Counted from the first letter of the stretch, positions 20,213 to 30,830 are shown. The stretch: DNA of 64,000 nucleotides from Acidobacteriota bacterium (GCA_965248695.1 CBDFKD010000002.1:2496001-2560000); one strand, 5' to 3'. Numbers and translations: made by a program. Notes: generated by a model not told the origin, from the sequence alone.

Positions 20213-22417
20213 ATGTCACCCGGATCCAGACGACGTTTCGTAGGCGGGCTCGGCATGCTCGCTGGTGGTGGGCTGCTTGCCGACGGGCTGAGCGGCTGGC
20301 CAGCATATGCAGCGGGAAGCTGGCGCTCGGTCGGTGCGCAGGCCCCGTGGTCGACCGACGCGGGCAGCGTAGGGGTTTCTCCTGGGCCGTGGACGTCGCT
20401 GCCACAGATGGTGCCGGGCGTGCACCTGGAGAGCCTACGGCTGCGCATGCCGGACGGCGTTCACCTGCACGCGTTGCTCTACTTGCCCACGTCGCTGCGG
20501 GAGATGCGTCCGGTCCCGGCGCTGCTCAACACCACGCCCTACCGCAACATGCCGCGCGCCGACAGTTACCACGCGCGCCACGGCTATGCGTCGATCTACG
20601 TCGATGTCCGCGGCAGCGGCGCCTCCGAGGGGGTCCCCGAGGACGAGTATTCCGAGCAGGAGCACCGCGATACGGCGGCGATCATCGACTGGCTCTCCAA
20701 GCAAGCCTGGTGCAACGGCAACGTCGGCATGCACGGGGTGTCGTATTCGGCCATCAACTCGGTGTGGGTGGCGGCCGACGTGCAGCCGCCAGCGCTCAAG
20801 GCGATCTTCGTGCGCGCCGGTCACGATGCCCGCTACACCGACGACATCCACTTTCCCGGCGGCGCGATGCTGATGGTCGACAACTCCTGGGCCATCGGCA
20901 TGGTCGGCAGCAACGTCATGCCCGGCGCCCCGGACTACCCGCTTTACAACGAGGCCTCGATGGACCGCTGGGAGACACCCCCGTGGCTCATGGGGTTCCT
21001 GCGCCATCAGCGCTACGGCCCCTACTGGGAACGTGCCTCTCTCGCACCGCGCTACGAGCGACTGCAGACACCGACCTTCGTCGCCGGCGGTTACCTCGAC
21101 ATCTACCAGAACTTCGTGATGCGCATCATGCGCAACTCGCCCGCGATCAGCCGCGGCGTGCTCGGGCCCTGGCACCACGGCCTGGTACCGGGGCCGCAGA
21201 TGGACTGGGACGCCATGCAGGTGCGCTGGTTCGATCGCTGGCTCAAGGGCATCGACAACGGCGTCGATCGCGAGCCGCGCGCGTCATTCTTCATGCCTCG
21301 CTGGCAGTCGCAGTCGTTCCGCTACATCGATGACGTGCCCGGCGAGTGGCGCCATCTCGACGCCTGGCCCGACTCCGCCTTCGAGCCCCCGGAACGTCTT
21401 TACTTGCGGCCCGAACCGGAAACGCCGGTCGCGGCGGCGCTCGCGGCCGAGCCCGCACCGGGCCGCGGCGGGCGTCTCGACGAGCAATCGGGCGACGCAT
21501 CGGCCCTGCAGCTGCGCTACTACCCGGCGACCGGTGGATGGGGCCAGTCGTTCGGCCCCACTACAAGCGAGGGCTACTACGGCATCGACCACCGCGCCGA
21601 GGACACCTACGGGCTGAGCTTCGACACCGCGCCGCTGCGCCAGCCACTGGAGATTCTCGGCTTCGCGCGCGCCCGGCTGTTCGTATCTTCGACCGCCCCG
21701 GTCGCCACCTGGATCGTGCGCCTCAACGACGTCGCTCCGGACGGCTCCTCGTACATGGTGTCGCGCGGCTACCTGAACGGCACCCACCGCGACTCGCACA
21801 GCGAGCCGAAACCGCTCGTGCACGGCGAGGTGTACGAGATCGAGGTGGAGATGTGGTGCGTCGGCCACACCTTCGAGCCCGGGCATCGTGTGAGGGTCGT
21901 TGTCACCAACGCCGACTTCCCGGTGATCTGGCCTTCCCCCGCGAAGATGACGACCACGCTCCATACCGGCGGCGACCGTCCATCGTACGTCGAGCTGCCA
22001 GCGCTCACAGCGTCAGGCTACGGAGAGTCGGAGCTGCGACTCATGGACGCGGACGATCCTCGGCGGTCGACGCGTGACAACGTGCAGGCCTACCAGCGCA
22101 CGCACGACGTAGCCTCGGGCGAACACACTGCCTACTTCGAGCTCGGGAACGTGCTGCAGCCGGGCGAGACGTCGACTCGCGGGATGGACCGGATCTGGTG
22201 CAGAGTCGACGAGAACGACCCCGCCGTCGCCTCGGTGCGGTTCGAGGGCACCAGCAGCGGGCAGGCCGGAGGACGCCGGGTGGACGCGCGGGCCGAGGGG
22301 ACGCTTTCCAGCGACGCGCAGGCCTTCACGCTCGACGTCGAGTGCACCCTGCTCGACAACGACGAGGTGGTGCGCAGTCGGCGCTGGCAGGACCGGGTGC
22401 CGCGCGACGGCGTCTAG
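20213..22417 (+). CDS. CocE/NonD family (S15) serine hydrolase, Tat-like signal
   Basis: SRRRF N-terminus, TPY, DVRGSGASEG, WCNGNVGMHGVSY nucleophile, GPWHH, PepX_C-like C-terminal domain. Confidence 0.9.
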   Translation: MSPGSRRRFVGGLGMLAGGGLLADGLSGWPAYAAGSWRSVGAQAPWSTDAGSVGVSPGPWTSLPQMVPGVHLESLRLRMPDGVHLHALLYLPTSLREMRPVPALLNTTPYRNMPRADSYHARHGYASIYVDVRGSGASEGVPEDEYSEQEHRDTAAIIDWLSKQAWCNGNVGMHGVSYSAINSVWVAADVQPPALKAIFVRAGHDARYTDDIHFPGGAMLMVDNSWAIGMVGSNVMPGAPDYPLYNEASMDRWETPPWLMGFLRHQRYGPYWERASLAPRYERLQTPTFVAGGYLDIYQNFVMRIMRNSPAISRGVLGPWHHGLVPGPQMDWDAMQVRWFDRWLKGIDNGVDREPRASFFMPRWQSQSFRYIDDVPGEWRHLDAWPDSAFEPPERLYLRPEPETPVAAALAAEPAPGRGGRLDEQSGDASALQLRYYPATGGWGQSFGPTTSEGYYGIDHRAEDTYGLSFDTAPLRQPLEILGFARARLFVSSTAPVATWIVRLNDVAPDGSSYMVSRGYLNGTHRDSHSEPKPLVHGEVYEIEVEMWCVGHTFEPGHRVRVVVTNADFPVIWPSPAKMTTTLHTGGDRPSYVELPALTASGYGESELRLMDADDPRRSTRDNVQAYQRTHDVASGEHTAYFELGNVLQPGETSTRGMDRIWCRVDENDPAVASVRFEGTSSGQAGGRRVDARAEGTLSSDAQAFTLDVECTLLDNDEVVRSRRWQDRVPRDGV

Positions 22418-22504
22418 CCCTTGACGGTCACGCCGATCGGCATCTAGCCTGCCTCCGTGAGCGGCAAACTCCGACGCCACTTTCTTCTGTCAGGAGAGCG
22501 CATC

Positions 22505-23875
22505 ATGGGCACCGAATCGGCACGCGCGCGACATCCACGGCTATGGGGGACGTCGCTGCTAGCGCTCCTCGCCCTGCTGACTTTCAGCGGCAACGCTGTC
22601 TCGATGCAGCAGTCTGGCGCACCGACATCAGCTGGCGGAAACGCCGTCTCCTTCACCCGCGACGTGGCGCCGATCCTGCAGCAGAACTGTCAGATCTGCC
22701 ATCGGCCAGGCTCGGTCGGACCGATGTCGCTGCTTACCTACGATGAGGCCAAGAGCTACGCGCCAATGATCAAGGCGCAGGTGGCCACCCGGGCAATGCC
22801 TCCCTATCACCTCGACACTCAGGTCGGGATCCAAGCAATCAAGGGCGACTGGCGGCTGAGCAAGCAGCAGATCGAGACGATCGTCGGCTGGGTGGACAGC
22901 GGTATGGCGATGGGAGACATCGCCGACATGCCGCCCCCGATGGAATGGCCCGAGGCCCAGAGGTGGCAGCTCGAGGACCAGCTGGGCAAGCCGGATCACG
23001 TGATCGAGTCACGTCCCTACGACGTGCCGGCCGAAGGGGGCGACATTTGGTGGCGTCCGCGAGTAGAGACGGGGCTCAACACCGACCGGCTGATTCGGGC
23101 CTTCGAAATCCGCCCTTCCTTCCCCGCCGGGCGGCAGGTCGTGCACCACGCCATCCCCAGGCTCTTGACCCCCAACGCGGATGGCGAGTGGGTCCGGACG
23201 GCAATGCTGTCGGAATACGCCATGGGCAAGGTCGGCGAAATCATCCCGCAGGACGCGGCCCGGCTGCTGCCGGTGAACTCGCTGATCGAATGGGACGTGC
23301 ACTACTACCCGATGGGCTACGAGATCGAGGACGATCAGATCGAGCTCGGCCTCTGGCTCTACCCGGAGGGCTACGAGCCGGAATACATGCAAGACCTGGA
23401 CATGTATCGCCTGCAAGGCGACATCGCCCTGGCACCCGGCGGAACCGCAATGACCCAGGGTTTCCACCGCTGGGATCATCCGGTTCGGATCGACAGCTTC
23501 CAGCCCCACGGGCACGTACATCTTCATGCCAAATCCATGCGGGCGATCTATCCGGACGGCTCCGAGGAGCTGTTGAGCATGGTGACCAACTTCAACGCGC
23601 GATGGCACCACAGCTATATCTATGAGGACGGCGTCGCTCCGCTGCTGCCCACCGGTACCGTGCTGGTGATCACCGCCTGGTACGACAACACCGAGAACAA
23701 CCCCCTGAATCCCGATCCGGAAGTCTGGTACGCACGCGGCGCCCGCACGACCGACGAGATGTCGCATGCTTGGCTGGCGGTAACCCACCTGGATGAAGCG
23801 GGCTACGAAGAGCTGGCGGCCGAGAGGAAAGCGAAGTCAGAGGTTGCGGCTGAAGACAGTGACGACGGGAGCTGA
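22505..23875 (+). CDS. Secreted c-type heme + PHM/DBH-like dicopper monooxygenase homolog (paralog 1)
   Basis: RBS AGGAG then ATG 22505. Signal peptide, FTRDVAPILQQNCQICH, AMPP, then VVHH, VHYY, PHGH and DEM in PHM copper-ligand order. Confidence 0.78.
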   Translation: MGTESARARHPRLWGTSLLALLALLTFSGNAVSMQQSGAPTSAGGNAVSFTRDVAPILQQNCQICHRPGSVGPMSLLTYDEAKSYAPMIKAQVATRAMPPYHLDTQVGIQAIKGDWRLSKQQIETIVGWVDSGMAMGDIADMPPPMEWPEAQRWQLEDQLGKPDHVIESRPYDVPAEGGDIWWRPRVETGLNTDRLIRAFEIRPSFPAGRQVVHHAIPRLLTPNADGEWVRTAMLSEYAMGKVGEIIPQDAARLLPVNSLIEWDVHYYPMGYEIEDDQIELGLWLYPEGYEPEYMQDLDMYRLQGDIALAPGGTAMTQGFHRWDHPVRIDSFQPHGHVHLHAKSMRAIYPDGSEELLSMVTNFNARWHHSYIYEDGVAPLLPTGTVLVITAWYDNTENNPLNPDPEVWYARGARTTDEMSHAWLAVTHLDEAGYEELAAERKAKSEVAAEDSDDGS

Positions 23876-23917
23876 CTCGCTCGCTCCGAGATCGCCTTTG
23901 ACCGAAGGAACCAGACG

Positions 23918-24799
23918 ATGAAGGGTCGCTCGCTCCTCACCAGTCTTTGCTTGGCGCTCATCGTCATCCTGAGCCCGGCGTCCGCCGAGGCACAGCAGGT
24001 GCAGCGGCTACCTCTGGCGCCGATACCACCGACAGGCGAGCCGGTAGCGCCGTTCTTCGAAGGCTGGTATGCCAACTCCGACGGCACCTTCACCTTCTCG
24101 TTCGGGTACTTCAACTTGAACATGGAGGAGGTGCTCGAGATCCCCATCGGGCCGGACAATTTCGTCGAGCCTGCCGAGTTCGACGGTGGGCAGCCGACCC
24201 ACTTCCCGGTCGATCCGCGTCGGGACAGGGGCGTATTCACGGTCACCGTGCCCGCGTCGTATCGAGACGGGAAGCAGCGGGTTGTGTGGACCATCCGTGC
24301 CAACGGCGTGGAGTATTCGGTGCCGGGAAGGGTGGGCATCGAGGCTCTTCAGCTCGACTACGGACCGCGAGGCATGGGGTCTGTTCCACCGCGATTACGA
24401 CTAGACCCGGATGGGCCCGAGGGTCAGCATCCGACCGGCGTCCGGCTGATGCAGCCCCAGGTGGCAAAGGTGGGAGCCCCGCTGGCGTTGACCGTATGGG
24501 CCAGCGAGGTCTCGGAACGGTTCGACCACGACCTCGCCAACCGGGACGGTGTAGCGGTGACGCTCACCTGGTTCAAGCATCAGGGACCCGCCGGCGCGGT
24601 CCTGTTCGAGGATCAGGTGATCGTGCTGGAGGAAGGGGAAGGCGAAGCGATCACGACGGCGACGTTCAGCGAGGCCGGCGAGTACGTGCTTCGGGTCCGG
24701 GTGGACAACTGGACCGCCAACGATAGTAGCTCCGGCGATCAATGTTGCTGGACGAATGGATACGTTCCGGTGTCCGTTTCAGGAGGCGGGATGCCATGA
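23918..24799 (+). CDS. Secreted hypothetical protein (Ig/PKD-like C-terminus, vicinal Cys-Cys)
   Basis: Signal peptide ending AEA-QQ, PFFEGWY.N.DG, GQPTHF, FSEAGEYVLRV, QCCWTN. ATGA overlap with the downstream PQQ gene. Confidence 0.8.
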   Translation: MKGRSLLTSLCLALIVILSPASAEAQQVQRLPLAPIPPTGEPVAPFFEGWYANSDGTFTFSFGYFNLNMEEVLEIPIGPDNFVEPAEFDGGQPTHFPVDPRRDRGVFTVTVPASYRDGKQRVVWTIRANGVEYSVPGRVGIEALQLDYGPRGMGSVPPRLRLDPDGPEGQHPTGVRLMQPQVAKVGAPLALTVWASEVSERFDHDLANRDGVAVTLTWFKHQGPAGAVLFEDQVIVLEEGEGEAITTATFSEAGEYVLRVRVDNWTANDSSSGDQCCWTNGYVPVSVSGGGMP

Positions 24800-26847
24800 G
24801 GAGACCGAAGCTGATGCCGACGATCCAACGCTCCAAATCGACGTGGACGAAACCCGCGATGTGCGCGGCAAGCGTGATCGCCCTGTGCCTGCTGTCGATG
24901 CCGGCCGTCGGACAGAACGGTGCGCCCGGCGCCGGCCCGGAAGGCTCGGGTACGGAGAACGGTGAATGGCATCACTGGGGCGGCGACACGGCCAGCACGC
25001 GCTACTCGCCGCTGGATCAGATCGACGCCGACAACTTCGAGGATCTCGAGGTCGCCTGGGTCTGGCGCGGCGACAACTTCGGTCCCTCGGTCGACAACAT
25101 CATGCGCTCCACTCCCACCTATGTGAACGGCGTGCTCTACACCGTCGCCGGCCAGCGCCGCACCGTCGTCGCCGTCGACCCGGCCACCGGCGAGACGCTG
25201 TGGACCTACCGCGAGCCCTTCACACCGCGCTGGGAACGCTCGATGCGGAAGAACTACGGCAAGGGCGTCGGCTACGCCAACATCGATCGCCGCGGCGTGA
25301 TCTACATGATCTCGCCGGGCTTCTTCCTCCATGCGCTCGACGCGGTCACCGGTAAGCCGATCGAGCAGTTCGGCAACGAGGGTACGGTCGACCTGCTGGC
25401 CGACTTCGGCTACGAGTACGACGCCTACGAGGGGCTTCCCAACGACATCGGCTACATCACCAACTCGTCGCCGCCCATGGTGGTCAACGACGTGGTCGTC
25501 GTCGGCAACTCGCACGAACAAGGCTACCACCAGTCCCGGCGCGAGAACGTACCCGGCAACGTGCTGGCGTACGACGCGCGCTCCGGCGAGCACCTGTGGA
25601 AGTTCAACGTCATCCCCCGGCCAGGTGAGTTCGGTCACGACACCTGGGACAACGACGCCTGGTCGTACGTCGGCAACGTCTCGGCGTGGGCGCCGATGGC
25701 GGCCGACCCCGAGCTTGGGCTGGTGTACTTCGTCACCGACCCGCCGACCAACGACTACTATGGCGGGCACCATCCAGGCGACAATCTCTTCGCCACCAGC
25801 ATCATCGCCGTCGACATCAAGACGGGCGAGCGCCGCTGGCACTTCCAGACCGTTCACCACGACATCTGGAACTACGACAACCCCACCGCACCGATCCTGG
25901 CCGACATTACCGTCGATGGCAGAAAGATCCCGGCGCTGGTGCAGACCACCAAGCAGAGCTTCGCCTACGTGCTCAACCGTGAGACCGGCGAGCCGGTGTG
26001 GCCGATCGAGGAGCGCCCGACGCCGGCGTCGAAGATCCCCGGCGAGAAGACCTCACCGACACAGCCCTTCCCGACCAGGCCGGCTCCCTACGAGATGCAG
26101 GGTGTCACCGTCGACGACCTGATCGACTTCACCCCGGAGCTGCGGCAAGAAGCGATCGCGCTGCTCAGCGAGTTCGAGATGGGTCCGCTCTTCCTGCCTC
26201 CGCTGCACCGCGACAACGACCTGGGCTTCAAGACCTCGTTGACCTGCCCCGGTGGGGGCGGCGGCACCAACATCCCCGGAGGCGCAGCCCTCGACCCGGA
26301 GACGCAGATTCTCTACGTCGAATCAGCCAAGACCTGTTCCTCGAATTTGCTGATTCCCGGCGTCGAGGCAGACGCCCAGTATCCCAACCCGATCGGTAAG
26401 ACGATCATGGCGTGGGCCAGCGGGCCGGGACAGGGGCCGGGCCGAGTACAGGGATTGTCCTATCTCAAGCCTCCCTACGGTCGAATCACCGCCATCGATC
26501 TGAACACCGGCGAGCACCTGTGGTGGATCCCGAACGGCGATACACCCAACTCGGTCACCCACCACCCGGCGCTGCAGGGTCTCGACATCCCCAACACCGG
26601 CAAGCCATCGCACGCCACCAAGGTGGTCACCAAGACGCTGTTGATCTACGCCGAGGGCCGTCGCGGTGAGGCGCTGATGCACGCGGTCGACAAGCGTACC
26701 GGCGAGCGGCTCGGCACGGTGGACATCCCGGCGCAAAGCAACAGCGCGCCGATGACCTACATGCACGAGGGCAAGCAGTACATCGTGCTGCCCATCGGCG
26801 GGCCGACGCATTCCGGTTCACTGGCCGCAATGGCCTTGCCGAACTAG
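24796..26847 (+). CDS. PQQ-binding beta-propeller dehydrogenase, glucose/quinate dehydrogenase-like (soluble, exported)
   Basis: RBS AGGAGG then ATG 24796. EWHHWGGD..STRYSPLDQI, PTNDYYGGH.PGDNLF, HFQTVHHDIW, KPPYGRITAIDL.TG, PMTY...GKQY. Confidence 0.88.
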   Translation: MRRPKLMPTIQRSKSTWTKPAMCAASVIALCLLSMPAVGQNGAPGAGPEGSGTENGEWHHWGGDTASTRYSPLDQIDADNFEDLEVAWVWRGDNFGPSVDNIMRSTPTYVNGVLYTVAGQRRTVVAVDPATGETLWTYREPFTPRWERSMRKNYGKGVGYANIDRRGVIYMISPGFFLHALDAVTGKPIEQFGNEGTVDLLADFGYEYDAYEGLPNDIGYITNSSPPMVVNDVVVVGNSHEQGYHQSRRENVPGNVLAYDARSGEHLWKFNVIPRPGEFGHDTWDNDAWSYVGNVSAWAPMAADPELGLVYFVTDPPTNDYYGGHHPGDNLFATSIIAVDIKTGERRWHFQTVHHDIWNYDNPTAPILADITVDGRKIPALVQTTKQSFAYVLNRETGEPVWPIEERPTPASKIPGEKTSPTQPFPTRPAPYEMQGVTVDDLIDFTPELRQEAIALLSEFEMGPLFLPPLHRDNDLGFKTSLTCPGGGGGTNIPGGAALDPETQILYVESAKTCSSNLLIPGVEADAQYPNPIGKTIMAWASGPGQGPGRVQGLSYLKPPYGRITAIDLNTGEHLWWIPNGDTPNSVTHHPALQGLDIPNTGKPSHATKVVTKTLLIYAEGRRGEALMHAVDKRTGERLGTVDIPAQSNSAPMTYMHEGKQYIVLPIGGPTHSGSLAAMALPN

Positions 26848-27020
26848 GGATCTCGCTGCGCGACGCGTCGCTCGATCAGTCGGACCGAATGGTCATCGAC
26901 GGGCCCTCGTAGCCCCAGACGGGACCACCCGCAACCTCAGCAGCACTGCGGGGTAGGTCGTGGATGACTCGTCCGTCGACCGGACAATTGAGCGACGACG
27001 GCGGACGCTAGAGAACGAGC

Positions 27021-29027
27021 TCAGTGTCCTTCTTGCCGCTCCCACGGAGTCCAGTCGATGCCCATGACGTACTTCTGCATCCACTGGATCTCTTCGACGT
27101 CGCGTGCGCGCTGGTGCCTCGGCTCGCGGAACCCGTGCGGCTCGCGCGGGAAGCTCACGTAGCGAACCGGCGCTTTGCCGATGTCCTTCAGCGCCGTGAA
27201 GAACATCATGCTCTGCTGGGGAGTGCTCACCAGGTCGCTCTCACCGTGCAAAAGGAGCGTCGCGGTGGTGACGTTGTTCGCGTACCAGAGCGACGAGGCC
27301 CGCCGCCAGTCTTCCGGGTTGGTCCAATGGGCGCCACCGATGTAGTGGTGCCGGAGATCGTAGCTGAGGCCCGGTCCGGTTTCCGCCGTCCAGCTTCCGA
27401 CCATGGCACCCAGGGACGCCGCCTTGAAGCGGTCCGTGTGGGTGATGACCCAGCTGCCGAGGATCCCGCCCCAGCTCCAACCGCGTAGCCCCAGCCGGTC
27501 GGGATCGACGCGGCGCTCGTCGATCAGGTAGTCGACGCCGGTCATCACATCGTCGTATTCGCCGCCACCGACGTCGCCCATGAGCGCGGTCAGCAAATCG
27601 TCGCCGTAGCTGTCGCTACCGCGGATGTTGGGCCCGAACGACGCGTACCCGAGGCCAGCGAACACATGGAAGTCGGACCGGAACTCGTTGGCAAAGTGAC
27701 CCGGTGGACCACCATGGATATCGAGTATGAGCGGTAGACGTGCGCCCTCCTGGGCGTCGGCGGGACGATAGAGGACTCCCTCGATCTCCATCCCGTCCTC
27801 GCTCGCCCAACCTACGATCTCCGCCTCCGCGAGCCGGATCTCCTCGTCGATCCACGGATTGGCGTTGGTCAGTCGAACAGGCTCGAAGTCCGCCGTCGAG
27901 GAAGCGTACAGATCCGTCGGTGTCTGGAAGTCGTTGAACGAGTACACCATCCGCCGTTGGTCGGCGGAGAAATCGAGCGCGCGAAGCGTACCGGCAACGC
28001 TGGTTACATCGGTGACCTGGCCGGTAGCGATGTCGATTCGGTGCAGGTTGCTGTTGGTACGGCGGGTCTCGCCGAACAAGAGGCTCTTACCGTCAGGAGC
28101 CCACGTGAGGCCCGAGATCTGACCCTGCTGCTGGCCTTCCAGCTTTCGCTTCTCACCTGTGTCGACGTTCATCACCCACACGAAGCCGTGGGTCAGATCG
28201 AACTCGTCGTCTGTAGGCGCGTGGAACGCAATTGTCGTCGCCTCCGGGGCCCACCGGGCGCTCTGCTCGGGCGCGTTGTTGTCTGTCAGACGAACCAGCT
28301 GCCCGCTTCCGGTGTCGAGCCGATATAGCTCCGACAGATGGAAGTAGTTGTCGGCATCTTGTCGCGTTGCCGAGAAAACGACTCGTCTACCGTCGGCCGT
28401 TACGTCGAAGCCATCGACGATGAGCTCCTCATCCGTGAGGCGTGCCGCGCGCCTGGATGAGAGGTCGAACACCCAGAGATTGCGCCAGCTGGCCTCCTGT
28501 CGGCCATTCGGACCCTCGCGGACGTAAAACGCGTCGGCGCCCCTGTCGTACTCCTCCTGTTCCTCACGACTTCTCACTTCGTCGGCGGTGAAGAACATCT
28601 GCTGCGCATCGGCGGTCCATCGATAGGCGACGACGCCCGCCTCATGATCCGTCAGCTGCTGCGCCTCGCCGCCGGTGAGGCTGATCCGGAATACCTGCTC
28701 GCTGCCGTCGACCGACCTCAGGAACGACAGGTGCTCACCGTCCGGAACGAACTGGAAAGCGCTGCCGCCTGCATCGCCGATGAATTCCTTCGCCTCTCCG
28801 CCGTCCGCGGCAATGAGATAGTGCCGTAGCCTTCGACGATTCTGCTCCCAGTCGAGCTCTGACTTGGAGAAGAAGACCCGGCTGCCGTCGTGCGACATGC
28901 GTACGTTCTGCAGGCGAACCATGTTCAACGCGTCGTCCACGGTCATCGGACGGCGCCCGACATCCTGTGCGAGAAGGCTCGCGCCGGTGAGCGAGCCGAC
29001 AGTCGCCGCGAGGATCAGTTTCTTCAA
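27021..29027 (-). CDS. S9 family (prolyl oligopeptidase / dipeptidyl-peptidase) serine peptidase, secreted
   Basis: Probable TTG start at 29027 with RBS GGAG. Signal peptide, PD40 repeats, HGGP, GWSWGG, LLHGESD, FPREPHG. Confidence 0.92.
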   Translation of the reverse strand: MKKLILAATVGSLTGASLLAQDVGRRPMTVDDALNMVRLQNVRMSHDGSRVFFSKSELDWEQNRRRLRHYLIAADGGEAKEFIGDAGGSAFQFVPDGEHLSFLRSVDGSEQVFRISLTGGEAQQLTDHEAGVVAYRWTADAQQMFFTADEVRSREEQEEYDRGADAFYVREGPNGRQEASWRNLWVFDLSSRRAARLTDEELIVDGFDVTADGRRVVFSATRQDADNYFHLSELYRLDTGSGQLVRLTDNNAPEQSARWAPEATTIAFHAPTDDEFDLTHGFVWVMNVDTGEKRKLEGQQQGQISGLTWAPDGKSLLFGETRRTNSNLHRIDIATGQVTDVTSVAGTLRALDFSADQRRMVYSFNDFQTPTDLYASSTADFEPVRLTNANPWIDEEIRLAEAEIVGWASEDGMEIEGVLYRPADAQEGARLPLILDIHGGPPGHFANEFRSDFHVFAGLGYASFGPNIRGSDSYGDDLLTALMGDVGGGEYDDVMTGVDYLIDERRVDPDRLGLRGWSWGGILGSWVITHTDRFKAASLGAMVGSWTAETGPGLSYDLRHHYIGGAHWTNPEDWRRASSLWYANNVTTATLLLHGESDLVSTPQQSMMFFTALKDIGKAPVRYVSFPREPHGFREPRHQRARDVEEIQWMQKYVMGIDWTPWERQEGH

Positions 29028-29153
29028 CGGCCTACTCCCTTTGTCGCGAAGGCTATCACCGCAGCGCGGCACAGCGCGGGTGGCAGCACGGCACCGCGGG
29101 CTGGCGGCCCAGGGAGCGTGGCATGGAGGCCGGCCGACTCTAGCTAGGGCGAC

Positions 29154-30282
29154 TCAGGACTCGGCATCGAGGGTCTCGAACGCCCAACCGAGCAGCCGCT
29201 CGATGGTCCGCCAGTCGGCGTTCTCCCGGCGCATGTGGGACCCGGTGATCGCATACAGGACGTGGCGACCTCTGGCGGTCTCGCCGTAGCCGACGGCGGA
29301 CCCCATGCCCATGTCACTGCCGCCCTTGCCTCCCCAGTAGGCAAGCGGCACGTTGATGGCGGCGCGGTCGACGGCGTTGTCGCCGCGGGCCAGCGTTTTC
29401 CGCAGCTGAGTGTCCCAGCGGTCCGATAGGCCGTTGTCGAAGAAGAGGTGATGAAGAAACGTCACCAGCTCAAGGGGAGAGGCCACGTTGTCGATGTCGT
29501 CGAGAATCGCGAAGCTGGCCGGCTGATCGTAGTTGGCAAAGTCGTAGAAAACATCGACTGCTCGCTCGATCTCCTGACGAGAGAACCGCGCGCCTCCTTG
29601 ACGGAGTTCCTCGGCGACCTCGACCTGCTCGGAGCGCGGCAGCGCGGCGAAAGCGGCGGCCGCGTTCGGCAGATCGTCGGCTGGGAAGTTCCCTGGCAAC
29701 AAACCCGAGAGCCCGAGCCAGAACTCTCGCGTCGGCAGCACGATACGAACTTTGTGGAGCCCGAGCTCAGTGAGCCTCTGCGACGGCACTCCAAGCCCAA
29801 CAAGCTTGAACAGCACGTCGGTGGAGGTGTTGTGGCTGCGGGTGATCATGCGCTTGACGAGCTGGGCGACCTTCATGCGCTTCGGCACGCGCCCCCCGTC
29901 GAGTGAGTAGCTCGACTGCGGGATCTCGATTCGCTCGTTCCAGTCCAATGACCCCGCGTCGAGCTGGCGCATCACCTCCAGCAACACGAAGAGCTTGAAC
30001 GAGCTTGCCAGGGGATGGGACGCCGACTCGTTGTGGCGAAGAACCCGCAGGGGCTCGAACGCGTCGGCGCCCGGATCAACGGTCACGGCATAGAAACCAA
30101 TGCGGCCGCTGAAATCGTCGACGAAGGGGACTGCCTGCTGCGACCCCCCCCTGGTAGAGCCCCGCGGGTGCCTCAGGCCCGTACGTCGCCGCTCCTATTG
30201 GCACCGCGGTCATCGACAGCGCCAGCAGCAACGCCAGCGACATCATCGGAAAACCGGGCGCGGGGCCGCGTCGGTCCAGCAT
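29154..30282 (-). pseudogene. Class A beta-lactamase-like serine hydrolase, frameshifted at a G8 tract
   Basis: SSFK, SHN and KGG motifs in the downstream frame. The signal peptide from ATG 30282 (RBS GAGGTG) is in a different frame. Removing one G from the run at 30144-30151 gives YQGGSQQAVPFVDDFSGRIGFYAVTVDP. Confidence 0.75.
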
Positions 30283-30454
30283 TCTCACCTCGAGGTTCGT
30301 GCGCCGCGGGGTCAATCGATCCGGGCAGCTGGAAGACCGGACCGTGAGTCTGACACAAGCTACAGCGCGGCCTTCCTTCGACCTATATGCGCAGAAACGG
30401 CGTCGACTAGCTCATCGGGTCCGACGACGGCAAAGCACTCGCCCGCCGCGGCGG

Positions 30455-30830
30455 CTAGCGCTGAACGAACGCACCCGTATCCGGAAACTCGTCGGTGGCG
30501 GCAGCGTACGTGAACGGCGGCACCCTCACCCAGCTTCGGCCGGCAGTTCCGCCTATCTGCTTAGCCATTGCGGCGGGTACGACGGCACGAATCGCATCGT
30601 ACGGGAGCCGAACCTCGACCGCACCGTTGATCGCGACTTCTATTCCGGTCAGTTCTGTCAAACGACCAGTCCTGTTCTCCTCGAAGTACCAGAGTGTATG
30701 TCTGCCGTCGGTCGTGATCCCGACCTGCAGGTCCCGGGCTGCGAAACCCGAGCAGATCGATGTCGAGCCAGAAGGCCCACGTGTCGGCAGACGGTGCGGT
30801 GGCGGTCTCGATGACAACAAGCAGCTCTTC
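30455..30830 (-). pseudogene. Probable 5'-truncated, frameshifted remnant of an uncharacterized beta-rich protein
   Basis: Protein-like EELLVVIETATAPSADTWAFWLDIDLLG continues after a 1-nt shift (about 30750) as FAARDLQVGITTDGRHTLWYFEE...VEVRLPY. An in-frame stop lies immediately upstream and there is no start codon. Confidence 0.35.

Noticed and set aside
18291-20405. 704-aa minus-strand ORF
   Set aside because: Overlaps three well-supported genes, and its composition is that of an antisense or off-frame shadow.
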